Shown: one piece after another, positions 10,387 through 18,173 of the stretch
Position numbering within the stretch: the first letter of the stretch is position 1
Layout of the letters: each line of letters begins with the position of its first letter
NCBI GenBank assembly: GCA_964614065.1
Contig: CAZTJJ010000001.1
Location: forward strand, 9,028-73,027
DNA from: an uncultured Thermotogae bacterium
GTDB lineage: Bacteria; Bipolaricaulota; Bipolaricaulia; M55B111
Length of the DNA stretch: 64,000 nt
Direction: 5' to 3'
Made by a program: the position numbers and the translations under genes
Notes under the pieces: model-generated
Seen by the model: only the letters and a program-made list of their open reading frames with translations
Database searches by the model: none
Told to the model about the DNA's origin: nothing

Positions 10387-11250
10387 TTGGACAGACAAAC
10401 AGAAACGTATTCTGTAATTTGGTTACAGGGTGCAGCTTGCACGGGTTGTGCAATTTCTCTCATGAATTCGAGTTACCCTAAACTATCCAATTTGCTTATA
10501 GACGAAGTGGTTCCTGGAAAATCAATTGAACTGAAATTTATGGCGACTCTAATGGGCGCAACTGGCGAGCTTGCACTAGAAGTGTTGAGCCGCACCGAGG
10601 CGGAAGAAGACTATATGCTGGTTGTCGAAGGTGCAGTTCCAACAGGCGCCGATGGCAAATACTGTACAGTGGGTGAAGAACCTATAGCAGACCAAGTGAT
10701 CAGGTTGGCGCCTAAGGCCACGGCGGTTGTCAACGTTGGGACTTGTGCTGCATATGGGGGGATTCCTTCTGGAGCCCCTAATCCGACAGAAGCCGTCGCA
10801 GTTTCTGAACATCTGAATAATCAGGGTATTGATACGCCTTATCTAAATGTTCCCGGTTGTCCCCCTGAACCTAGTTGGTTTGTGGACACGCTGGCGTCGG
10901 TGATGTTGTTTGGACTTCCTGAAGCTGATCAAGTTGACGATATTGGTCGATTGACGGCGGTTTACGGTGAATTAATACACGATAATTGTCCGCGCAGGGG
11001 CGATTTTGCTAATGGCCATTTTGCTCGTCACGTAGGGGAAGAAGGATGTTTGGTAGAAATTGGCTGTAAGGGTCCGTATGCCAATGCTCCGTGTCCCAAC
11101 AGAGGTTGGCACGATGGGTTAAACTGGGCGATAAAAAACAATCATCCCTGTATTGGTTGCGTTGAACCGGGTTTTCCAGACTTAATGAGCCCGTTCTTTG
11201 AGAAGTTTGGCCCTGAAGAGTCGGAGGAGATGTACAGGAGGCTAAAGTGA
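10387..11250 (+). CDS. [NiFe] hydrogenase small subunit. It has no Tat signal and shows a group 1/2-like three-cluster architecture.
   Basis: TTG start with a GGAGGT RBS. Proximal cluster 'CTGC', C-terminal 'HDNCPRRG...GCKGP...CIGCVEPGFPD'. No RRxFxK twin-arginine motif. Confidence 0.85.
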   Translation: MDRQTETYSVIWLQGAACTGCAISLMNSSYPKLSNLLIDEVVPGKSIELKFMATLMGATGELALEVLSRTEAEEDYMLVVEGAVPTGADGKYCTVGEEPIADQVIRLAPKATAVVNVGTCAAYGGIPSGAPNPTEAVAVSEHLNNQGIDTPYLNVPGCPPEPSWFVDTLASVMLFGLPEADQVDDIGRLTAVYGELIHDNCPRRGDFANGHFARHVGEEGCLVEIGCKGPYANAPCPNRGWHDGLNWAIKNNHPCIGCVEPGFPDLMSPFFEKFGPEESEEMYRRLK

Positions 11251-12761
11251 AACAGATTACAATAGATCCGGTGACCAGGATTGAAGGTCACCTTAAAATC
11301 GATACTGAGGTCGAAGGAAACGTAGTAAGGGCTGCTAGGAGTAGTGGTACGCTCTTCAGGGGATTTGAGCAGATTCTAGCTGGCCGGGATCCACGAGATG
11401 CTCAGCGTATTACTCAGAGAGTCTGTGGAGTTTGTCCTACAGCTCATGCTACTGCCTCTTCTCTAGCCTTGGAAGATGCTTTCGGAATTAGGGATCAAGT
11501 ACCAAAAAACGGTCGAATTATCAAGAATATAATGTTGGGTGCGAACTTTATTCAGTCGCACGTCCTTCACTTTTACCACCTTGCCTCATTGGATTACTTG
11601 AACCCGGAAATTTTGAAGGATTATACGGGCGATGCACCGGGGATCGATGCTCTGGTCAACTATCTAACAACCACCGATGGCTCTCCTTTTTCACCGCAAT
11701 ATGAGGGTGACTACAGGCTTGGCCCCGAGATCAGCGCTGACTTGTGCCAGGATTACCTGGACGGTCTTGAGATTAGAAAGAAGGCCCACGAGCTTTTGGC
11801 TCTTTTTGGTGCGAAGATGCCTCATAATATGGGTACAGTACCTGGGGGATCCACCCGAAAGCCCGACCTGGATCTGATAGAAAAGTGCCAGTCTCGTTTA
11901 AAGGAGATCCGGTCCTTCATTGATAATCAATACCTTCCAGGGGCGATTGCCTTGGTGGAAGCGTATGACGATTACTTTGAGATAGGTCAAGGTGTGGATA
12001 CGTTTTTGGAATACGGCGGGTTTTACTTCGATAACGTGTCGGCAAGACCTCAGGACACCCCTGTTGGACTACTTGGTGGGATCTTCCAGCTTGGAAATTC
12101 GGGAGTAGATGAAGTGGATCTGGAGGAGATTACTGAAGAGGTAACTCACTCTTGGTATAGTGACGAAACTGCTGGTCATCCGTCAATTGCAAAGACTAAT
12201 CCCAGTGCGGACAAAGAAGGTGCATATTCCTGGGTAAAAGCCCCAAGATACAGAGGGCTTCCCTGTGAAGTCGGCCCTGCAGCTAGAGTACTTATTAACT
12301 ACACAAGAGGGAATGATTACATAAAGACAAGAATGGATGAAATAATGAATAAGTTGAATATAGATCTTGAGAATTGTGCGTCGGTTGCTGGGCGACATCT
12401 TACTCGTGCACTCGAGTGTAAATATATAAGCGATCTCATGGCAGAGTGGTCTTCTCAGTTAGACCCGGGTGAACCGTCATGCGCCAGATATGAGATGCCA
12501 GATGAAGGTTCCGGAGTTGGCGTGACCAGCGCGCCCAGAGGAACTTTGGGGCACTGGATAGAGGTAAAAGGTGGAAAGATAGCTAACTATCAGTTGGTTG
12601 TTCCGACAACCTGGAACGCTTCACCCAAGGATAGTAAAGGTAGACCGGGACCAATAGAGGAAGCATTGATTGGTACAAAGGTCGAGGATCAAGACAACCC
12701 AATTGAAGCAGCTCGGATAGTTCGCTCGTTTGATCCCTGTATGGCCTGCGCGGTTCATTGA
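11247..12761 (+). CDS. [NiFe] hydrogenase large subunit. It ends exactly at the His of the C-terminal DPCxxCxxH motif, so there is no cleavable extension.
   Basis: GTG start overlapping the small-subunit stop (GTGA). N-terminal 'RIEGHLKI' and 'RVCGVCPTAH'; C-terminal 'DPCMACAVH*'. Confidence 0.9.
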   Translation: MKQITIDPVTRIEGHLKIDTEVEGNVVRAARSSGTLFRGFEQILAGRDPRDAQRITQRVCGVCPTAHATASSLALEDAFGIRDQVPKNGRIIKNIMLGANFIQSHVLHFYHLASLDYLNPEILKDYTGDAPGIDALVNYLTTTDGSPFSPQYEGDYRLGPEISADLCQDYLDGLEIRKKAHELLALFGAKMPHNMGTVPGGSTRKPDLDLIEKCQSRLKEIRSFIDNQYLPGAIALVEAYDDYFEIGQGVDTFLEYGGFYFDNVSARPQDTPVGLLGGIFQLGNSGVDEVDLEEITEEVTHSWYSDETAGHPSIAKTNPSADKEGAYSWVKAPRYRGLPCEVGPAARVLINYTRGNDYIKTRMDEIMNKLNIDLENCASVAGRHLTRALECKYISDLMAEWSSQLDPGEPSCARYEMPDEGSGVGVTSAPRGTLGHWIEVKGGKIANYQLVVPTTWNASPKDSKGRPGPIEEALIGTKVEDQDNPIEAARIVRSFDPCMACAVH

Positions 12762-12786
12762 TATTTGCGGATAGGAGGTATATAAA

Positions 12787-13467
12787 ATGATTCTATCTGA
12801 ACCGAAGTCATGGGAGGAAATACAAGGATATCTGGAGAACGATAATAGTGTCTTTGTCCTAGGGTGTGGTGGCTGTGATGCTGCTACTGGAGACGGAGGG
12901 GCAGAACGTGTAACCGATCTATCTAAAAAACTGACCGAGGAAGGGTGGAAGGTGTCGGGAACTAGGGTGGTCGAATTTCTCTGTAATAAAGCACTTGCAG
13001 GAATGAAGCTTGCCCGCGTTTCCGAGCAGATTGAACAAAGCGATTCTTTACTTGTCTCCTGTTGCGGTATTGGTGTACAGGCAGTTAGCAAGCTGGTTGA
13101 TAAGCAGGTCCACCCGGCAAACGATACTATATCCATGGGAGATTTCCATGGAACCTGGCCCTCTGAAGAAACCTGTAAAAGATGCGGAGAATGCCTATTG
13201 GAGTATACTGGGGGAATTTGTCCACTTACTATGTGTATTAAAGGTCTTCTCAACGGTGCTTGTGGAGGTTCATATCAAGGGAAATGTGAGGTGGAACCTG
13301 GACGCCCCTGCGGATGGGAATTAATTTATCAGAGGCTAAAGGATATCGGTCGCTTGGATTTGCTCGAACAGTACAATCCCCCTAAAACTAGAAAAAAATA
13401 TGAGTTCGGAGTTCCCGTTGAAGAACGGAGTTCACTTTACTGGGCGATTGAAGCTGAGGAGGAATAA
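12787..13467 (+). CDS. metV: MetV-like Cys-rich protein (methylene-THF reductase C-terminal-domain family, predicted FeS).
   Basis: 226 aa with 'GCGGCD', 'SCCGIG' and 'CKRCGECLLEYTGGICPLTMCIKGLLNGACGG'. Sits immediately upstream of metF and overlaps it, as in acetogen metVF. Confidence 0.65.
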   Translation: MILSEPKSWEEIQGYLENDNSVFVLGCGGCDAATGDGGAERVTDLSKKLTEEGWKVSGTRVVEFLCNKALAGMKLARVSEQIEQSDSLLVSCCGIGVQAVSKLVDKQVHPANDTISMGDFHGTWPSEETCKRCGECLLEYTGGICPLTMCIKGLLNGACGGSYQGKCEVEPGRPCGWELIYQRLKDIGRLDLLEQYNPPKTRKKYEFGVPVEERSSLYWAIEAEEE

Positions 13468-14342
13468 TGAGCATTCTACAACAAAAACTAGAAGCTGGGG
13501 AGTTTGCAATTACCTGTGAAGCTGGTCCTCCTAAAGGGGTAGATGTCGAGGGAGAACTTCACGAGGTGGAAGAAATATCGGATTTAATAGATGCTTTTAA
13601 TGTAACTGATTTGCAATCTTCTGCGATGCGGATGAGTTCAGTGGCTATGTGTCGGCTTCTCGAAGAAAGAGACCTCGAAACTGTTTATCAAATGACATGT
13701 AGAGATAGGAATAGGCTGGGACTCCAATCGTCCTTGTTAGGGGCTTGGGTTCTTGGAATGAGGAATGTTCTAGCGTTGACCGGTGATTACACGACTTTGG
13801 GAGATCATCCTCAGGCGAAGCCGGTGTTTGATCTTGATTCAATCCAGCTTCTGGAAACCATTCAGACCCTAAATAGTGGGGAAGATTTAGTTGGAAACGA
13901 ACTCCAGGGGTCTCCTCAGTTTTTCGCTGGGGCGGCGGCAAATCCGGGAGCAGACCCACTCGAGCCACAGATAATTAAAAGTAGAATGAAAGCTCAGTAT
14001 GGCGCGAAGTTCTTTCAAACCCAGGCTGTTTACGACCCTGAGATTTTTGCTAACTTTATCGAAGAGTTGAGGTCGGCAGGCGTGGATACACCTGTAATGG
14101 TGGGCATTTTGCCCCTGAAATCCGCGGGAATGGCGCGATTTATGGATAGTAACATCGCTGGAGTAGTAATACCCGATAGTGTAATAAAAGAACTTTCAGA
14201 TGCTTCTGACACCGTCCGTAAGAGCTTAGAGATCTGTGCTCGTGTGATAAATGACACTGCGGATTTATGTGAGGGAGTTCACCTTATGCCAATGGGTTGG
14301 GAAAGATACGTACCGGATATTCTGAGTCAAACCAATCTATAG
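13467..14342 (+). CDS. metF: 5,10-methylenetetrahydrofolate reductase MetF.
   Basis: 291 aa, 'AITCEAGPPKG...QMTCRDRNRLGLQS...ALTGDY'. ATG overlaps the metV stop (TAATGA). Confidence 0.85.
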   Translation: MSILQQKLEAGEFAITCEAGPPKGVDVEGELHEVEEISDLIDAFNVTDLQSSAMRMSSVAMCRLLEERDLETVYQMTCRDRNRLGLQSSLLGAWVLGMRNVLALTGDYTTLGDHPQAKPVFDLDSIQLLETIQTLNSGEDLVGNELQGSPQFFAGAAANPGADPLEPQIIKSRMKAQYGAKFFQTQAVYDPEIFANFIEELRSAGVDTPVMVGILPLKSAGMARFMDSNIAGVVIPDSVIKELSDASDTVRKSLEICARVINDTADLCEGVHLMPMGWERYVPDILSQTNL

Positions 14343-14407
14343 TTGAAGCTGCAGATTTGAGAAAGTGCAGTAAGTATAGATAGATGGAAACCCGTTATTT
14401 GGGACGG

Positions 14408-14445
14408 CAATTAGCTGGGTTCTGCTTGGCTAATTGTCGTTTTTA
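14408..14445 (+). terminator. Putative bidirectional terminator after metF, overlapping the 3' end of the convergent histidine kinase gene.
   Basis: 8-bp stem CAATTAGC/GCTAATTG, 13-nt loop, then TCGTTTTTA. Confidence 0.4.
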
Positions 14446-15782
14446 TCATTGAAATCATCGATTCTGGGAAGAACGATCGTAAACACTGATCCCGCACCTT
14501 CTTTGCTTTTCATGGATATTTCTCCGTTGTGGGCTTCGATGATCTGCTTCGCGATTGACAGTCCAAGACCAGTTCCGCCGGTATGTCTAGACCTCGATTT
14601 GTCTACTCTATAGAAGCGATCAAATATGTGTGGTTGATCGCTGTTTGGTATTCCAACACCGGTGTCGACTACGTGAATAATTGCTTGATCTTTTTCCGAA
14701 CGGACGTGGATGGTGACTCTGCCGCCTTCATGGGTGTGAGTTAAGGCATTATCTAGCAGATTACGTATCACCTGGGTTAGGCGTTCGGGGTCAGCTTCTA
14801 CAAGGGTTGAGTCAGGTAGGCGGGTGTTTAGGATTATTTTTTGATCCCTTGCTTTGTTTTCAATAGATTTGACGGCATTTGAGACTATATCTTCTAGGAC
14901 GATTGGTTTTTTCTCCAGTTTCAGCTTGCCCGCCTTCGCCTTGTTTACAGCTCTTAGGTCATTGATTAACCTGTTAAGGACCAATGATTGTCGATGGAGT
15001 GACTCAAAGACTTCGTCGTCTGGTTTGATCAAACCTTCTTTTAAACCCTCTAGATAGCCTTGAATATTGGAAAGAGGGTTGCGGAGCTCGTGAGCTACAT
15101 CACTAACCATTTCCTCACGCAGTTGTTTTTGCTTTTTAAGCCTGGCTCCTAGAGCGTTGAATGCTTTACCAAGAGTGCCGATTTCATCGTTGGTAGAAAT
15201 ATCAACCCGCTGGCCTAAGTTACCTTCCTGCATTTTTCTTGTTGCTGTGGTCAAGTTACGTACTGGTTTCACGATGTTCCTCGAAAAGAATGTGGCAAGA
15301 AGTATTCCTGCCAAGCCTGCGATTACGGCTGCTGTTATAACGGATTTGTTGACTGAGTCAAGAAATGCTTTTTGTAAAGTTGAACGTTCTTGCGTTTTTA
15401 TGTAGATCTTTCCAATCGGGTACTCTCCGAGTCTAAGGGTTATGCTTTTACTGGACCAGTCGTCTTCGAGCTCTTTGTTTTCCAGCTTTGCAGCAGTATC
15501 ACTTATTACCTTTCCGTCTGGATCTGTAAGCACGAACCTCTCGCTATACATTTCTGCGACCTTTTCGGTGAGGTTGGAAACTTCATTCCACCCCCCCGCA
15601 TAACGATAATAATTTGTAAAGGTTAGTGCCAAGCGCTGATATTGTTCAGCCTGATCTCTGCTCACGTATCGGTCAAATTGATTGGTGGCTGAAATGGTGG
15701 CAATGTAAGCAATAGTTCCCACCGCGATCGCCACAACTAAGAAAAAACTTGCCAGTAATTTAATCCGCAGGCTAGTGAACAT
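14430..15782 (-). CDS. Sensor histidine kinase (TM, HAMP, HisKA, HATPase_c).
   Basis: 450 aa; H-box 'SDVAHELRNPL', N/G boxes 'DNALTHT...VVDTGVGI...GGTGLGLSI'. Confidence 0.9.
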   Translation of the reverse strand: MFTSLRIKLLASFFLVVAIAVGTIAYIATISATNQFDRYVSRDQAEQYQRLALTFTNYYRYAGGWNEVSNLTEKVAEMYSERFVLTDPDGKVISDTAAKLENKELEDDWSSKSITLRLGEYPIGKIYIKTQERSTLQKAFLDSVNKSVITAAVIAGLAGILLATFFSRNIVKPVRNLTTATRKMQEGNLGQRVDISTNDEIGTLGKAFNALGARLKKQKQLREEMVSDVAHELRNPLSNIQGYLEGLKEGLIKPDDEVFESLHRQSLVLNRLINDLRAVNKAKAGKLKLEKKPIVLEDIVSNAVKSIENKARDQKIILNTRLPDSTLVEADPERLTQVIRNLLDNALTHTHEGGRVTIHVRSEKDQAIIHVVDTGVGIPNSDQPHIFDRFYRVDKSRSRHTGGTGLGLSIAKQIIEAHNGEISMKSKEGAGSVFTIVLPRIDDFNDKNDN

Positions 15783-16485
15783 GGGTGTTATTTGAGTCGT
15801 TGTCGTTTAGTGGAGGATCGAATTTATAGCCAATTCCGTGGACAGTTGTGATATAAGTGGGGTTTTTGTGATCTGGTTCAATTTTTTTTCTAATGTTTTT
15901 TATATGTACGTCGATTGTTCGTTCGAAACCTTCGTATCCATATCCGAGGGCGGCGTGAATTAGGTCGGGGCGGGAAAAGACCCTACGAGGTTGGTTTGCT
16001 AGTGTAGAGAGGATCTTGAACTCAGTTGGGGTTAAATCTACTGGTTCATCTTCAAGAAAGACTTTGTGTGTTTCGTAATTAACTGTTAAATTACCGATAG
16101 TGATCTCCGTTTGGTTTTTCTCTTCAGTGCGCCTAAGTGCTGCTCTTATCCTTGCTAGTAGCTCACCGGGACTAAATGGTTTAGTAACGTAATCGTCTGC
16201 TCCCAGATCAAGACCTTTTATCCTATCTTCCTCATCTGACTTGGCGGTGAGCATTATTATAGGTACCTGTGACTCACTGCGTATTGATCGACATACGTTT
16301 AGGCCCTTGACTTTTGGTAACATGAGGTCGAGAACAATCAGGTCTACCTCTCGGAGCCGATAAAGATTAAGAGCAGCTTTCCCGTCGTAGGCAGTTAAAA
16401 CGTGATAGCCATCCTTTTCAAGATACTTTTTCAGTAACTCTACCAAACTTTCATCGTCGTCTACAACGAGAATAGTTTTATTCAT
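15772..16485 (-). CDS. OmpR-family response regulator (receiver plus winged helix).
   Basis: 'ILVVDDDESL...DLMLP', C-terminal 'TPTEFKIL...RVFSR' winged helix. The ORF runs to ATG at 16536, but those 17 extra residues are hydrophobic, so ATG at 16485 (MNKTILVVDDD) is preferred. Overlaps the kinase gene by 11 nt. Confidence 0.85.
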   Translation of the reverse strand: MNKTILVVDDDESLVELLKKYLEKDGYHVLTAYDGKAALNLYRLREVDLIVLDLMLPKVKGLNVCRSIRSESQVPIIMLTAKSDEEDRIKGLDLGADDYVTKPFSPGELLARIRAALRRTEEKNQTEITIGNLTVNYETHKVFLEDEPVDLTPTEFKILSTLANQPRRVFSRPDLIHAALGYGYEGFERTIDVHIKNIRKKIEPDHKNPTYITTVHGIGYKFDPPLNDNDSNNTHVH

Positions 16486-16541
16486 TAAGTTAAGGAGAAC
16501 AGGGACCGAGAATATCAGGCCCCTGTTCTTTAACATTAAGG

Positions 16542-18002
16542 TTATGGTTGGAGCACTAACCAGCGGTAAGTATTTCCTCTGAGTACCCTGATCAGCAGTG
16601 TTTCTCGTTTGCTGAGAGAGGAAGTTACGTTTTGCCAGTCACTTATATCCGTCAGTGGTTTGAGACTTACGCTATTTCTTCCAGCCTGCACTATCACGTC
16701 GCCTTCTTCAAGTTCTCTTGCAGGGCCAAATTTGTCAACGTCTTTTACCACAAGCCCTTTATTCGTTACTAAGTCGTATTTCTCCTTAGTCTCTATGGAG
16801 TTCTGGATCAAAGTAATACCGTATTTCTCATCAGTTAGCTCGTCTTTGTTGGGGGAGTCTACTTGTGTAGTTTCCTTTCTTTCACCAAGTTTCACCGTAG
16901 CTGTGTGCTCTTTTCCATCTCTAAGGAAAGTTAAAGTGATTTCTTCTCCTACTGATCGGTACATTATTTCTTGTTGAAACTGTGTATCGCTAGTTATAGT
17001 TTTCCCGTTTACTTCTGTGATTACGTCCCCTGCCTCAAGACCTGCTTTATCTGCTGGGTCGCCTTCCATTACTTCAGAGATTAGTACTCCTACTCCGGGT
17101 TCCACTTCAAATTTTTGCGCCATTGAAGGATTCAGTTCCTGAAAGACCACTCCTAGCCAGGCGCGAGTAACTTGACCTGTGCTTACTAACTCTCCAAGGA
17201 CCTGTTTGACTGAGTCTATAGATACTGCAAAATTCAATCCCGTTAGCGGTACCCCTTGCTGGCTTCTGCGGATAATAGCCGTATTGATGCCGATAACTTC
17301 TCCACTGGTGTTTACCAAAGGTCCGCCGGAGTTTCCAGGGTTGATTGCTGCATCTGTTTGTAGAAGGTCTTGGTAGCTTCCTTCGCCGCTAGGCTTGGGT
17401 ATTGTCCTATTTTTAGCACTTAGAACTCCGGCTGTGACAGTGTTCTCGAATCCTTCGGGATTGCCTATCGCGACTACCCAAGCACCAACTGGAGTATTCT
17501 CCGGATTTCCTAGTTCTATCGAGGGCAAATTTTGTGGGTTCTCTCCTTTTGTAATTTCAAGTACTGCAACATCGATCATTTCGTCCTTACCTATTACCTC
17601 TGCTTGATATGTTGTGCTGTCGCTAAACGTCAGCCTTATGTCCTCCGCTCCGGTGACGACGTGCTCATTGGTGAGTAAGTATTTCTTACCTTGCCAGGTA
17701 ATTATGAAACCCGATCCCAACGATTGTACTCTTTGTTCTTCTTGCCTGTCTGGGTTGCCAAAGAAGTATCTGAAGAACGGATCGTCAAAAAAGTTATAAG
17801 GGGACCGTTGTGCTACAGTCTTTGTCACTTCGACCCTTGCAACAGCTGGACCGGCTATTTCCGCTGCTCTGGTGATGGCAGTTTTCTGAGAACTTGCAAT
17901 GTTATTGGCATCAGCGGCTAATGCGGCCAAGCTGGTTGGCAATAAAAGTCCTAAAGTTAGCACTACCAGAAGTACAAAATGCAAACTCCGATTTTTGTTC
18001 AT
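16542..18002 (-). CDS. htrA: HtrA/DegP-family periplasmic serine protease with PDZ domains.
   Basis: Signal peptide; trypsin-like 'GNSGGPLVN'; two PDZ-like regions. Directly upstream of the RR-HK pair, as in a CssRS/CpxAR-htrA arrangement. Confidence 0.9.
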   Translation of the reverse strand: MNKNRSLHFVLLVVLTLGLLLPTSLAALAADANNIASSQKTAITRAAEIAGPAVARVEVTKTVAQRSPYNFFDDPFFRYFFGNPDRQEEQRVQSLGSGFIITWQGKKYLLTNEHVVTGAEDIRLTFSDSTTYQAEVIGKDEMIDVAVLEITKGENPQNLPSIELGNPENTPVGAWVVAIGNPEGFENTVTAGVLSAKNRTIPKPSGEGSYQDLLQTDAAINPGNSGGPLVNTSGEVIGINTAIIRRSQQGVPLTGLNFAVSIDSVKQVLGELVSTGQVTRAWLGVVFQELNPSMAQKFEVEPGVGVLISEVMEGDPADKAGLEAGDVITEVNGKTITSDTQFQQEIMYRSVGEEITLTFLRDGKEHTATVKLGERKETTQVDSPNKDELTDEKYGITLIQNSIETKEKYDLVTNKGLVVKDVDKFGPARELEEGDVIVQAGRNSVSLKPLTDISDWQNVTSSLSKRETLLIRVLRGNTYRWLVLQP

Positions 18003-18173
18003 TATATATCTCCTCCATAGTTAATTTGGTTAGAACTAAAGATCAAGTTCTCGTCTTTCTGATAATATCTTATTCCGGGAATATAAAGAAATTATGAAGA
18101 AGTTCTAAAGAAAATCAAGTTTCGGGATCGCCTGTAAATCGGTTAGAATCTTGTATTACCTGAGAATCATAGG

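Noticed and set aside
12621-13253. 210-aa minus-strand ORF
   Set aside because: Antisense to the hydrogenase large subunit and metV; composition is biased and there is no domain signal. The sense genes are strongly supported.
16486-16536. N-terminal 17-aa extension (MLKNRGLIFSVPVLLNL) of the response-regulator ORF
   Set aside because: A hydrophobic extension is atypical for OmpR receivers. The internal ATG gives a canonical MNKTILVVDDD start. Neither start has a strong RBS, so the choice stays uncertain.
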